A stretch of DNA of 64,000 nucleotides from Macrostomum lignano (taxonomy: Eukaryota), in NCBI GenBank assembly GCA_002269645.1, contig NIVC01004011.1, positions 756 through 64,755 of the forward strand. The letters are read 5' to 3'. Positions 12,781 through 26,254 of this stretch are shown here, one piece after another. The notes under the pieces are model-generated. The model did no database searches. It worked only from the letters and a program-made list of their open reading frames with translations, and was not told where the DNA came from. Made by a program: the position numbers and the translations under genes. Each line of letters opens with the position of its first letter. The first letter of the stretch is position 1.

Positions 12781-13797
12781 TCCCTACTTTTTGATCCCTA
12801 TTCACTCACTATGATCCTTACTCTGTCACTATGATCCCTACTCACTCACTATGATCCCTACTCACTCACTATGATCCCTACTCTGTCACTATGATCCCTA
12901 CTCACTCACTATGATCCCTACTCACTCACTATGATCCCTACTCACTCACTATGATCCCTACTCTGTCACTATGATCCCTACTCACTCACTATGATCCCTA
13001 CTCTGTCACTATGATCCCTACTCACTCACTATGATCCCTACTCACTCACTATGATCCCTACTCTGTCACTATGATCCCTACTCACTCACTATGATCCCTA
13101 CTCACTCACTATGATCCCTACTCTGTCACTATGATCCCTACTCTGTCACTATGATCCCTACTCACTCACTATGATCCCTACTCACTCACTATGATCCCTA
13201 CTCTGTCACTATGATCCCTACTCTGTCACTATGATCCCTACTCACTCACTATGATCCCTACTCACTCACTATGATCCCTACTCACTCACTATGATCCCTA
13301 CTCACTCACTATGATCCCCTACTCATTCAATATGATCCCTACTCACTCACTATGATCCCCTACTCACTCACTATGATCCCCTACTCATTCACTATGATCC
13401 CTACTCACTCACTATGATCCCTACTCACTCACTATGATCCCCTACTCATTCAATATGATCCCTACTCACTCACTATGATCCCCTACTCACTCACTATGAT
13501 CCCCTACTCATTCACTATGATCCCTACTCACTCACTATGATCCCTACTCACTCACTATGATCCCTATTCACTCACTATGATCCTTACTCTGTCACTATGA
13601 TCCCTACTCACTCACTATGATCCCTATTCACTCACTATGATCCTTACTCTGTCACTATGATCCCTACTCACTCACTATGATCCCTACTCACTCACTATGA
13701 TCCCCTACTCATTCAATATGATCCCTACTCACCCACTATGATCCCTACTCACCCACTATGATCCCTACTCACTCACTATGATCCCTTAAACCTTACT
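12781..13797. repeat. Minisatellite, 20 bp (ATGATCCCTACTCACTCACT / ..CTCTGTCACT)
   Basis: Direct inspection; ends ~30 bp from the oxidoreductase stop codon. Confidence 0.95.
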
Positions 13798-13824
13798 ATG
13801 ACCCCCAGATTAACCAGGATCCCA

Positions 13825-14646
13825 TCACTCTCCATCCCCAGTCCCGTCCTTGGCGCCATCGGCAGTGCCCAGCCTTGGCCGAAACGGTTCAGCGTCCATA
13901 AACGAACAGGCTCCATCCAACAGCAGGTCGGCCAGCATGAGGCCAGTGGCCGGGCCGTTCAATATGCCCCAGCAGCTGTGCCCGGCGCCTACGAATCCGT
14001 TAGCCAGGCCAGGCAGTTGGCCAATCATAGGCAGTCCAGTGCGCGACACGGGCAGGTAGCAGGCCTGCCCGGCAACCACAGAATCGGCCGACAGTCGATC
14101 CGACACAGACTCGGCAAATTTTGCTAGCCGACGCAGCTTGTTAGAGTCGGCAACTACGTCGGCAGTTGACGCCGGCAGCGGGGCATCGTCTGCCAGGCCG
14201 CAGATGTAGATGGTGCCGTCTGGCCTGGGATAGAGCTCGGGCGACTCCCCGCCCTCCTGCTCGGTGTACAGAGCGTGCGGACTAAGCTGTCCGGCCGGGG
14301 CAGACAGTACAACCGAATGGGCCCGATGCCCGAACACGGCGTCGGAGCCTCCGGCAAGATTTAGCCAATTGCCCAGAGCTGTGGAAGTCCACGGGCCCAT
14401 GGCGAATACGATTTTAGCTGAGCGGCAGTCTATTGTAGTTGTAGCAGCAGCAGTGTCGGTTTTATCGGTTGATGACGAAGCAGTTGTCGCAGTTGAAACG
14501 GCTGCATCGGCGACGTCCTCCACTGTCAGGCTGACAATGCGACCGTCTGCTACCTGAGCACCGGTGACTCGGGCGCGGCGGACCCGGCTGCCGGCCAGAG
14601 CGGCGGCTCGGGCGACCAGGCCGGTGGTCAGTTTGTACGGGTGCAC
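13825..14646 (-). CDS. Exon 2 of FAD-dependent oxidoreductase (DAO/glycine oxidase family, TDA3/YurR-like)
   Basis: VHPYKLT..L, IVFAMGPWT, YPRPDGTIYICG, QACYLP, GHSCWGILNGPATG. Acceptor CCCAACCAG|GTG. Confidence 0.88.
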   Translation of the reverse strand: MHPYKLTTGLVARAAALAGSRVRRARVTGAQVADGRIVSLTVEDVADAAVSTATTASSSTDKTDTAAATTTIDCRSAKIVFAMGPWTSTALGNWLNLAGGSDAVFGHRAHSVVLSAPAGQLSPHALYTEQEGGESPELYPRPDGTIYICGLADDAPLPASTADVVADSNKLRRLAKFAESVSDRLSADSVVAGQACYLPVSRTGLPMIGQLPGLANGFVGAGHSCWGILNGPATGLMLADLLLDGACSFMDAEPFRPRLGTADGAKDGTGDGE

Positions 14647-14689
14647 CTGGTTGGGATGGGGGAGAGCGTAGAGTAAGATGTAGAGTAAA

Positions 14690-15000
14690 TGGAAGGGTGA
14701 GATGTAGAGTGGACAGTGGGTGAGATGCAGTGTGTACAGTAGAGTGAGATGTAGAGAGTGGAATAGTAGGGTGAGATGTAGAGTGGATAGTAGGGTGCGA
14801 TGTAGGGTGGATAGAAGGGTGAGATATAGGGTAGATAATAGGGCGAGATGTAAGGTGGATAGTAGGTGGATAGTAGGGTGGATAGTAGGGTGAGATGTAG
14901 GGTGGATAGTAGGGTGAGATGTAGGGTGGATAGTAGGGTGAGATGTAGGGTGGATAGTAGGGTGAGATGTAGAGTGGATAGAGGGTGAGATATATAGTGT
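14690..15000. repeat. Intronic minisatellite, 24 bp (GTGAGATGTAGGGTGGATAGTAGG)
   Basis: Direct inspection. Confidence 0.9.
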
Positions 15001-15719
15001 ATGAAAGAATGAGATAGACAGCAATACAGAGTCTACAAGCTTGCAGACATTTGAACAGTGCTCACTAAAAGAAAGGAACTCAGAGAGAAGTTTCTTTCCC
15101 AACAGGCAGGGATGAACATGTACAGAGCGGACAGTGTTCGAATAATCTATGCAGAGGATTAGACCAGAAAGCAGGAGCGCAGCAAAGCTGATTGATTTTT
15201 ATCCTCTTACAATCCGGAAAAATCCCCCAACCCTAGCTCTCGAAGTCCTTCCCCGTGCTGCCATCCCATCTCCCTGCCCTAGCCGCATTTCCCTACTCGA
15301 AACTTCGAGCAGAATCGATGGGGCGGCACAGACTATCGAAAGATACATCAACGGAGGAAAAATTGGATGGGAGCTTACACTGCTGGCCTAGACTCAAAGG
15401 AATTAGGTCGATGGAGGAGATGGACGGCTTAAGCAAGCGATGTGTTGGGTTAGAAACTTTTTTATTAGCTGCTCAGATCGGCCAGACAGTTGGCTACAAA
15501 AACAACTGAAATTTCTCTCTAAGGATGGAATCCGCAAGCTGCCTGCACCGAATTTTAACATGCTTTGCTTTAAAGAAATTCACACAGACTGAAGTAGGCT
15601 AAGACCGCATCAATTAGACAAATTAGTTGAAAGTTATTTACTTCCTGAAAATTTCAACCATTTGCAAATACGTAGACCAGATTGTTCATTAAATAGTTTC
15701 AGAGACAGACCACAGGCAG

Positions 15720-16925
15720 ATAAGACACAAAGACCAGGGATAGATGAAGACACAAAGACCAGAGACAAGTCAAGACACAAAGACCAGAGACAAGTCAAGA
15801 CACAAAGATGAAGACACAAAGACCAGAGACAAATCAAGACACAAAGACCAGAGACAAATCAAAACACAAAGACCAAAGACAAGACAAATCAAGACACAAA
15901 GACCAGAGACAAGACAAATCAAGACACAAAGACCAGGGACAAGACAAATCAAAACACAAAGACCAGAGACAAGACAAATCAAGACACATAGACCAGGGAC
16001 AAGACAAATCAAAACACAAAGACCAGAGACAAGACAAATCAAGACACAAAGACCAGGGACAAGACAAATCAAAACACAAAGACCAGAGACAAGACAAATC
16101 AAGACACAAAGACCAGAGACAAGACAAATCAAGACACAAAGACCAGGGACAAGACAAATCAAAACACAAAGACCAGAGACAAGACAAATCAAGACACAAA
16201 GACCAGGGACAAGACAAATCAAAACACAAAGACCAGAGACAAGACAAATCAAGACACAAAGACCAGAGACAAGACAAATCAAGACACAAAGACCAGGGAC
16301 AAGACAAATCAAAACACAAAGACCAGGGACAAGACAAATCAAAACACAAAGACCAGAGACAAGACAAATCAAGACACAAAGACCAGGGACAAGACAAATC
16401 AAGACACAAAGACCAGAGACAAGACAAATCAAAACACAAAGACCAGAGACAAGACAAATCAAGACACAAAGACCAGGGACAAGACAAATCAAGACACAAA
16501 GACCAGAGACAAGACAAATCAAAACACAAAGACCAGAGACAAGACAAATCAAGACACAAAGACCAGGGACAAGACAAATCAAAACACAAAGACCAGAGAC
16601 AAGACAAATCAAGACACAAAGACCAGGGACAAGACAAATCAAAACACAAAGACCAGGGACAAGACAAATCAAAACACAAAGACCAGAGACAAGACAAATC
16701 AAGACACAAAGACCAGAGACAAGACAAATCAAGACACAAAGACCAGGGACAAGACAAATCAAGACACAAAGACAGGGACAAGACAAATCAAAACACAAAG
16801 ACCAGAGACAAGACAAATCAAGACACAAAGACCAGGGACAAGACAAATCAAAACACAAAGACCAGAGACAAGACAAATCAAGACACAAAGACCAGGGACA
16901 AGACAAATCAAGACACAAAGACCAC
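15720..16925. repeat. Intronic minisatellite, 30 bp (AAGACACAAAGACCAGAGACAAGACAAATC)
   Basis: Direct inspection. It explains the four 315-434 aa repetitive ORFs. Confidence 0.97.
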
Positions 16926-16959
16926 ACAGATGGAGCCAAAAGCTAGAAAAGTGCCGCAC

Positions 16960-17382
16960 CTGGGCGGTATTGTTGGGATCTCCCAGCCTGCAGGCCCTAG
17001 TAACCTCGGCCGTGACCCAGTCCGGACAGCCGGTAATGGGTCGGCCGCATCGAGGCTGCCCGCCAACCCGCAGCCGCAGCGACAGAGTGTCCAAGCGTCG
17101 ATAATCCAATGACTGGCCAAGTTCGCTTTCCAATTCCGAGTGCAAGCGGAAGCTCTCCCAGGCCAGCTGGGCAAGGGGCCCGCCGGCTCCGCCGCCGCAC
17201 CAGTCCCGAGCCAGAAACCCGCCAGCCTTGCCGCTGGCGCCGCTAGCAACTCCGACGCTCTCCAGCAGTAGGCTCCGTACGCCTCGCTTAGCCAGATAAT
17301 AGGCCGTCGATGAGCCAATTATTCCGCCGCCGACAATGATCACTGGCGGCGTGTCGTTGCCGCTGTCGCCACTATCAGCCAT
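16960..17382 (-). CDS. Exon 1 of FAD-dependent oxidoreductase; spliced product ~414 aa
   Basis: Rossmann motif IIVGGGIIGSS and ASGASGKAGGFLA. Donor GCCCAG|GTGCGG, phase 0; intron 16959-14647. Confidence 0.88.
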
Positions 17383-17584
17383 GGCTAAACAGCAGGAATG
17401 ATTGACAAGTGTTCATATTATTATAGTTTGCTAATTCTAATTAAGCTATTATCATATGTACTACTAGCACTATATGTAACGGTAAAAGAAGTGAGACTGC
17501 AGAACACCTGTTAACAATATTATGATAAAAGATTCAATTGGCAGCCAAATAATTGTATTTATTATTATACCTTTATTAAGTTCA

Positions 17585-18360
17585 GACAGACACAAAGACC
17601 ACAGACAGGTCAAGACACAAAGACCAGACAGGTCAAGACACAAGGACCAAAAGACCACAGATAGGTCAAGACACAAAGACCACAGACAGGTCAAGACACA
17701 AAGACCACAGACAGATCAAGACACAAAGACCAGACAGGTCAAGACACAAGGACCAAAAGACCACAGATAGGTCAAGACACAAAGACCACAGACAGGTCAA
17801 GACACAAAGACCAGACAGGTCAAGACACAAGGACCAAAAGACCACAGATAGGTCAAGACACAAAGACCACAGACAGATCAAGACACAAAGACCAGACAGG
17901 TCAAGACACAAGGACCAAAAGACCACAGATAGGTCAAGACACAAAGACCACAGACAGGTCAAGACACAAAGACCAGACAGGTCAAGACACAAGGACCAAA
18001 AGACCACAGATAGGTCAAGACACAAAGACCACAGACAGGTCAAGACACAAAGACCACAGACAGATCAAGACACAAAGACCAGAGGCAGGTCAAGACACAA
18101 AGACCATAGACAGATCAAGACACAAAGACCACAGACAGGTCAAGACACAAAGACCACAGACAGATCAAGACACAAAGACCACAGATAGGTCAAGACACAA
18201 AGACCACAGACAGGTCAAGACACAAAGACCACAGACAGATCAAGACACAAAGACCAGAGGCAGGTCAAGACACAAAGACCAGAGGCAGGTCAAGACACAA
18301 AGACCATAGACATAGGTCAAGACACAAAGACCATAGACATAGGTCAAGACACAAAGACCA
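17585..18360. repeat. Minisatellite, ~24 bp with higher-order structure (GACACAAAGACCACAGACAGGTCAA)
   Basis: Direct inspection. Confidence 0.95.
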
Positions 18361-18557
18361 ACTCTGATAATATTATTAAAACAAGTTAGTTAGCCACATA
18401 GCAAAAACTGAATAATTAGACAGACACCCTGTGTTGCTTTAATAAAGAAACATACAAACTGGGATTCAGCTTATATAGTCCTACTCAAAAGCTAGTATTG
18501 TTGTCAGTTAATAACGGGTTTATGTTCCAACAGTGAAGCAGGGTTATTATAAGCCAA

Positions 18558-19009
18558 TCACTCGGTATAGTGCTTGACCAGCTTGGCCACCGACCAGTCG
18601 CTCTGCAGGAAATGCGGACCGGACACCTGAGCCGGCTTAGCAACTGGCACATTAGCCAATTGGTACTGGTTGTAGGCCCGGCAGTCTCGGTAATACAGCA
18701 CCCGAAGGCAAGCTTCTAAAGCGCTAGTGGCGGTCTCCTCAGTCAGGCCGGCGTAACCGCCAGCGGCATCCAAGGCTTCGCGGAGCAGCCCGAGGCACAG
18801 GTGGCTGCCGAATCCGGTTGCTAAGCAGTCTTCTTTAAACGCTACGCCTAGCATGTTCACGTAGCCTAGAAAAGGCTGCCCAGCCTCTGTCCCGGCCACT
18901 ATATAAGTGTTCCACAGCGGGTTGATCCTGCTTCGCCGATTGTACATCACCCGGGTTAGCCAGCTGTGCAGCGAGGCGGGCGAATAAGCGATGCCGTGCT
19001 CGTGAATCT
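18558..19009 (-). CDS. PSMB4: Proteasome subunit beta type-4 (beta7), exon 2
   Basis: YSPASLHSWLTRVMYNRRSRINPLWN, FLGYVNMLG, ATGFGSHL, CLRVLYYRDCRA. Acceptor GTTCCGCGCAG|AG. Confidence 0.93.
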
Positions 19010-19129
19010 CTGCGCGGAACAGGGGGGGGGTACTAAGATTGAGCAGGTATGGGATTGGATGCTGTCCGCTCTGCAACCTGTATATGCTGAATGCAGCCAC
19101 TTAGCAAATAGAAGAACTTGCCTCAGCTT

Positions 19130-19510
19130 CCCTGCATCCGCCGGTGCCCTAAAATCCTTACCTCCTCTGCATATCCTAACTTCCGCTGCATCCGCCCCCT
19201 GTCCCTACTTCCGCTGCATCCGCCCCCTGTCTCTACTTCCGCTGCATCCGCCCCCTGTCCTTACCTCCGCTGCATCCGCCCCCTGTCCCTACTTCCGCTG
19301 CATCCGCCCCCAGTCCCTACTTCCGCTGCATCCGCTCCTGTCCCTACTTCCGCTGCGTCCACCCCCTGTCCCTACTTCCGCTGCATCCACCCCCTGTCCC
19401 TCCTTCCGCTGCATCCGCTCCTGTCCCTACTTCCGCTGCATCCGCCCCCTGTCCTTACCTCCGCTGCATCCGCCCCCAGTCCCTGCCCCCGCTGCATCCG
19501 CTCCCAGTCC
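19130..19510. repeat. Intronic minisatellite, ~28 bp (CTTCCGCTGCATCCGCCCCCTGTCCCTA)
   Basis: Direct inspection. Confidence 0.9.
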
Positions 19511-20087
19511 CTGCCTCCTCACATTTCCAGTTCCTACATCCGCGCTCTCTTTCTCATATTTCATGTCTTCGCTCCGTCCCTCAATTTCCCGGCCCTAAGT
19601 GACTCTCAGACACACGATAGCCTCTTCTTCGCCATCTTGTTCCATTACTCTGCCGCTTTCCGCGCAAGAGGATTACAGAATGGATTTATAGAATAATGCG
19701 TGGGCTAGTAAATTGCCACGTGCAGTGATGCTAAAGTAACTTAGTTTCTCGAGGAAAATGAACCAGACCAGAGCCAGATAGCAAGAGAATCAGCTAAGTG
19801 CACGAGTTCAGAATCTTACCAAATTAGCTGACGAGAGAGAATTCGCTAATCTCATCTGTCGTCTCTAGGGAATTTCAAGATTGAATGCCGGGTAGATGAT
19901 AGGGTCCGGAGAGATTTCCCAAATGGGAATTCTATAAAGCTTAATGGTAGTAGCACATTAGCACATTTTTGCCGCTTAGTAGAGTGGGCAGCAATGAAAT
20001 CGTAGGGTTCAAGTAGGTCAGCCGACCCCCCCCCCCCGTAGCAGGCCTAGGCGAGTATTGCTTCAGCCACTTTCGAGTATTGAGTGC

Positions 20088-20292
20088 CGAGCACTCTAAC
20101 CCAGGAGTGACCGAGTGCCGAGCACTCTAAACCAGGTGTGACCGACTGCCGAGCAGTCTAACCCAGGTGTGACCGACTGCCGAGCAGTCTAACCCAGGTG
20201 TGACCGACTGCCGAGCAGTCTAACCCAGGTGTGACCGAGTACCGAACACTCTAACCCATGAGTGACCGAGTGCCGAGTACTCTAACCCAGGA
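20088..20292. repeat. Intronic minisatellite, 31 bp (GTGACCGACTGCCGAGCAGTCTAACCCAGGT)
   Basis: Direct inspection. Confidence 0.9.
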
Positions 20293-20984
20293 GAATAATT
20301 GTTGATTGTAGTTGCTTGTTAAATACGATCGTCATTACTTGATTATAAACGAGTACCACTGACCTCGTCTGTCATCACACGACTCCCCGATGCACCCTAA
20401 ATGAAGCAGAAAAGTTTGACTACGCTACGCTTACAGAAACTTCTGCAGCTTCAGAGTTCAGGCTGGCTGAATTGTACTTTTTTTCAATTCTCGCTCAATG
20501 CTTAAATGCTTGCTCAGGGTAAGAGGGGGCATGCAGATGATTTTACGGGCTTGGGTAATTTTCGTCTGTGCTTGCTTCAGTACATAGCAGCGAGAAGGCT
20601 TGCGGGCAGATCACATGAGAATGATTATAAATGGCAGAGCATCATTCCTGCTCTAGCTTCATCAGCTCTACTATATCTCTTCCCTCGTTCATTCGAAGCT
20701 AGCCTCTTTAGCTCAGATGCCTGAAGTCCGCACTGCCGAGTCGCGTCTCTTAGCAACAAAAATAATTGCTATTTTAAGGGATCAATCCAAAGCCTTTTTT
20801 GACTCTTTAGCCAGAGCCTATAGCACATACGTATAAATAAAGGATTCTTTAACAATCGGAAACTGTCAAAAAAGTAACGCAACACCTGAGCTATTTTTAG
20901 TGTCAAGCTTGCGTCATCAACCGCATAGCAGAGCTTCTCTGTCTTTCCCGGGGTTTTCACGCATAGACTCCTGTACTAATAAGG

Positions 20985-21690
20985 CAGGGGACTGTAGAGG
21001 GGGAAGAGAGGACTGTAGAAGGTGAAAGGGGACTGCAGCGGGGAAGATGGGACTGAAGCGGGGAAAAGGGGACTGCAGCGAGAAAGAGGGGACTGCAGCG
21101 GGGAAGAGGGGACTGCAGCGGGGAAGAGGGGACTGCAGCGGGGAAGAGGGGACTGAAGCGGGGAAAAGGGGACTGCAGCGAGAAAGAGGGGACTGCAGCG
21201 GGGAAGAGGGGACTGCAGCGGGGAAGAGGGGACTGCAGCGGGGAAGAGGGGACTGCAGCGGGGAAGAGGGGACTGCAGCGGGGAAGAGGGGACTGCAGAT
21301 AGGAAGAGGGGACTGCAGATAAGGAGAGGGGACTGCAGAAGGTGAGAGGGGACTGTAGCTGGTGGGAGGGGACTGTAGCTGGTGGGAGGGGACTGCAGAG
21401 GGCAAGAGGGGACTGCAGATAGGGAGAGGGGACTGCAGCTGGTGGGAGGGGACTGCAGCTGGTGGAAGGGGACTGCAGCTGGGGGAGGGGACTGCAGAGG
21501 GGAAGAGGGGACTGCAGAAGGTGAGAGGGGAGTGCAGCTGGTGGAAGGGGACTGCAGCTGGGGGAGGGGACTGCAGAGGGGAAGAGGGGACTGCAGATAA
21601 GGAGAGGGGACTGCAGAAGGTGAGAGGGGACTGTAGCTGGTGGGAGGGGACTGCAGCTGGTGGGAGTAGACTGCAGAGGGGAAGAGAGGA
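20985..21690. repeat. Intronic minisatellite, 20 bp (GGGACTGCAGCGGGGAAGAG)
   Basis: Direct inspection. Confidence 0.93.
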
Positions 21691-22459
21691 AGCGTCTGAC
21701 ATCAATTTGGGATTCGTGCATGAAAATAAGCTAAGGGTTCATCGGTGCCATTCTCGCCAATGAGAGCCATCCTGACAGAGACTGTACATGTCTGACAGTT
21801 AGAAAGTCAGGGCTGCTGTACACACGTGTGAGCTTGCGTAGGTATCCGTGTGCATGCTCAAAGGTCAGCGAAATGCGGGGAAACAGTCGCTAAAGTGCTC
21901 AAAGCAGCTTCCTTCCTGCAATCTATAAACTAATTAACTAATAGAGGGATGACGGCAACTTGACCCACTCGCTCACTCGACTAATTAGCAAACTAGCATC
22001 AAAATATCAAAGCAAAAAAATCAATGCACTGCTTTCCCTGGATGGATGCATTAAACAACACTGTTTACAAAAGAAGATAAAAGCAGCTGACTGCATAGAG
22101 ACAAACATTGTAAGAAAAACAAGATAATAAAAGTTGTATAGATGGCTAGTCTGTCTCATTTAGCCGAGAAAAGGATCAAAGCAAGAATTAGTCTTTGTTG
22201 ATGCGAGAATATTTGTGGGCTACTGATAATTGATGATGAGGACTGAACACGGTTAGCCAAAAAAAGTTGTGACATTGTTACACCTTTCGATGCGCGCAAG
22301 GCTTTGAAATATGACCTCGCGGCGAGCCGTACGGTGACAGGGTAATTACAGATAGTAAATGATTTACTACTCAATACTATATAGGCTATAGCGCGTACTA
22401 CAGTGTTTTGCTACCTGCATAAGGCAGCTCAAGGATTTAATGAGCTACTTTCTAGCCTA

Positions 22460-23408
22460 GTATCAATCAGGTAGACTCTACTCCCTACTCTATCATAAAT
22501 CAGGTAGACTCTACTCCCTAACCTATCATAAATCAGGTAGACTCTACTCCCTAACCAGTCATCAATCAGGTAGACTCTACTCCCTACTCTACTATCAATC
22601 AGGTAGACTCTACTCCCTACTCTACTATCAATCAGGTAGACTCTACTCCTTACTCTACTGTCAATCAGGTAGACTCTACTCTCTACTCTACTATCAAACA
22701 GGTAGACTCTACTCCCTACTCTACTATCAAACAGGTAGACTCTACTCCCTACTCTACTATCAAACAGGTAGACTCTACTCCCTACTCTACTATCAAACAG
22801 GTAGACTCTACTCCCTACTCTACTATCAAACAGGTAGACTCTACTCCCTACTCTACTATCAAACAGGTAGACTCTACTCCCTACTCTACTATCAAACAGG
22901 TAGACTCTACTCCTTACTCTACTATCAAACAGGTAGACTCTACTCCCTACTCTACTATCAAACAGGTAGACTCTACTCCCTACTCTACTATCAAACAGGT
23001 AGACTCTACTCCCTACTCTACTATCAAACAGGTAGACTCTACTCCCTACTCTACTATCAATCAGGTAGACTCTACTCCTTACTCTACTATCAATCAGGTA
23101 GACTCTACTCCCTACTCTACTATCAATCAGGTAGACTCTACTCCCTACTCTACTATCAAACAGGTAGACTCTACTCCCTACTCTACTATCAATCAGGTAG
23201 ACTCTACTCCTTACTCTACTATCAATCAGGTAGACTCTACTCCCTACTCTACTATCAAACAGGTAGACTCTACTCCCTACTCTACTATCAATCAGGTAGA
23301 CTCTACTCCTTACTCTACTATCAATCAGGTAGACTCTACTCCCTACTCTACTATCAATCAGGTAGACTCTACTCCCTACTCTACTATCAATCAGGTAGAC
23401 TTTACTCC
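22460..23408. repeat. Intronic minisatellite, 33 bp (ACTCTACTCCCTACTCTACTATCAAACAGGTAG)
   Basis: Direct inspection. Confidence 0.95.
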
Positions 23409-23478
23409 TTCATCGCACAAAGGTCAGTCTCCAACCCCTACCAAATAGAGCGCAGACAGGAAGGCCCAAGCCACTCAC

Positions 23479-23794
23479 CCTCATCAATAGCGTGATTCTC
23501 CACCACAGTATTGAGAAACTGCATATCTGCCAGGTCGCCGCTAGCCGCAGCCACAGTGGCATCGTTGACCCGCAGCACGCGAGGAATGGAACGAAACTTA
23601 GCCAGCGATCCGTAGGAGCCTAGCGTGTCGGCAACCATGATCACGCCAGCATTATACTTGATAGCTAGCACGCTAGCACCAGTAGTTATCGGTTGCAAAG
23701 TACGCTGCCGACCCGGATTCGAGTCCCAGCTAGTTTCCATGGCAACTCCGGCGTTACCGTTGTTGGCCGGTTTAGTATAGAAACTAGCGGACAT
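23479..23794 (-). CDS. PSMB4: Proteasome subunit beta type-4 (beta7), exon 1; spliced product ~255 aa
   Basis: TLQPITTGASVLAIKYNAGVIMVADTLGSYGSLAKFR and ASGDLADMQ. Donor GAGG|GTGAGT, phase 1; intron 23478-19010. Confidence 0.93.
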
Positions 23795-26254
23795 TGCGCT
23801 GCTAAACTGTAAAGAGAATAAAAAATGGGAATATATATAGCTTCCTGAAAGCTTTGCCCTAATAAACTGACTTAGCTGGCTGCATATCTCCTTCCTAGTT
23901 GTAAATAACCCGATTTCCTGAGAGCTACTTTCAAGACTGATTGGGGAATTTTATTAGCACTAAAATTGACTATGAGAGGGAAAGAGAGAGAACTAAATAC
24001 ACTGCTGAGTGTAGATAGAACGATACTTGGGCTCATGCCTATACATATATATGCACTGGGTTATATAGATTTTGACTAAACAAGTTTTAGCCAATAGTAG
24101 ACAGTGGCTTTAAAAACTGATGATTGGGCAAGTCAGAGAGAGTAGCCCAGAGAGATCTAAAACCCTTAGAAGCTGGGGTATGCTAGGCTACAGCTACTAG
24201 AATAACCAACTACTCGTAGTTGTCACTCGCAAAAATGCGCTTATCTACTTTTTTCGGTAGCGAAATTTGCGATAGAGCTTGTGGCTTTCTGCAAGCGAAC
24301 CCATTAAATAAGCATCTTAATCCTGTTTAGCCGACTCCAGACTGCCTCAGACTTTAAAAACTAAAAAAAATTAATGTTTTAAAAATCTATAAATTAAGGA
24401 GAAAATGGGGGGCACCCCAGCCCTAAGCCAGGCCGATAAACAGTTTGGCATTCCTCCTGCCTATTTGTGTCTGACTTTGACCTCTCTCCCTACTGCTCTC
24501 TCATTGGCTGAGCTAGATTGGGCCTGCCCCCTAGGCTGAGTTTCGACCGTCTGACTTTGACCTCTCTCCTTACTGCTCTCTCATTGGCTGAGCTAGACTG
24601 GGTATGTCTCCCCCGAACCACACCAAGCTGAGTTAGTTTTGTCCGTCTTGCGTTCACTTGTGTACATTGAGTTAAAAGCTTGCTGCTCATTCTTTATATG
24701 CTGTTTTGAGGGCAGAAACCCTGAGGAAGGAAAGAAAATCTTAGCTGCCTATTCATGCAGAAGTCGGCGTATAGGTTTACAATTTACACAACAGATAAAC
24801 GAATCTCTGTGTTGTATTATTAGACATAAGAAAGCAATCATCATAGCCTGTTCTATTCATTTTGTGAACATTGTGAACTTCAAGTATCTAATTTAGCTAA
24901 CGAAATAGGAAGGCTGGGCAGAGATCTCGTCAAAGGAAACAGTTGAAAATTGAAGCAGACCAGTTGCGCATGGTAGCTATATATAAGGTTAAGCTGGATA
25001 GGAAATGCCTGCATCCAAGGAAGCCAGGCGTATAGCAGGCAAGATGAATAAGTAAATTGAGCCAAGAAGCGGAGAGATGGAGAAGAGGGAGAAAAAAGTT
25101 AAGAGCGGCGGAGAGGGAGCAGCTGCACGGAAAGAGGGAACATATTTCTCTGCTGCTTCTGTTTGCCATGAGAGTGCTCAGAGCAGACCATGAGCTCAGG
25201 TCGTGGGAATTCTACATAATGAAGACGGGAGATGAAAAGCAATCCCTGGGCACTGCTTCCGTTTATGCAAAGCTTTATTCTGCCAAATTATTCTCATTTC
25301 TTTAAGCTTAAAGGATTTGATACTAAGACTAGGCCTAGGTCAGGGGACAGGTTGGCCTTCTATCCATACTGTGTTAGAAGTTTTCGCTTGTGAAAATCCC
25401 TGCTTTTTGTAAAAAACGCCCCAGTAAAATACTGGGTCGCTAAAACAAGGTCGAACTTTCCATAATCAAAATTTGTTTTAGTCGTGAGCTAGATGAAGCA
25501 GCTAAAAACACTTTCGACAATGTGCAATTTCGAGCTCATCAAGTTACGAGCTTTTGACATACCCCCTTTCAATCAATATAGAAAATACTATATTTACAGA
25601 CGAACGAGACGAACAATAAGTATAGCATTGAATTAGCTTTAACAGAGACAATATTAGAGAAAAGTACACTAGGAGATCGAGACATCAAGAGAGAGAGACT
25701 GCGTTAGAAAAGCAGCCATTTTGTTTAAATAGATAAATTGACGAACTAGTTTGGTTTATTGACCAAGGCGATTTCTTCTAGTTATCTAGAACTAAGGAAA
25801 TAAATTATTCATTGGGCTTAGGCAAATAAACGAAAAGCTTTAGCTTTTACAACATAGATTTATGCCAGGGGTCAAGCAGGAGCACCATAAAGAGCCAATA
25901 CATACTGCTATTAAAGCTGAAACCAAAATCAGCAATCTTCCGGCTTCAACTAAAATTAGACCCACTATAAAATTCTCTGTGGCACGTTCATAAACCAGCC
26001 AGTTGTACATTTCACTGCTAGAACAAGACAAGCTCTAAAAGCACGCGACACAAACTTTTGTCTATGGTTGAAAAGTAGGAAACAGAGGATTTGGTATTTC
26101 GGCTTCAGCTTTAAAATAACAATGCCGGCTCTAGATGCAACTACTACTACTATTATGGTTGCTACTGTATAATATCGTTTTTGTCAGTCTTTTTGTCAAT
26201 TTAAGTATTGCCAGTCTAAAGGAGACCCTTAAATAAGCAGAGCGACCAGTGGCC

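Noticed and set aside
15744-17112. Long 315-434 aa ORFs, and similar ORFs at 54-617, 13825-15102 (5' part), 18966-19696, 20917-21763 and 32004-33041
   Set aside because: Stop-free translations of minisatellites, open in several frames and on both strands.
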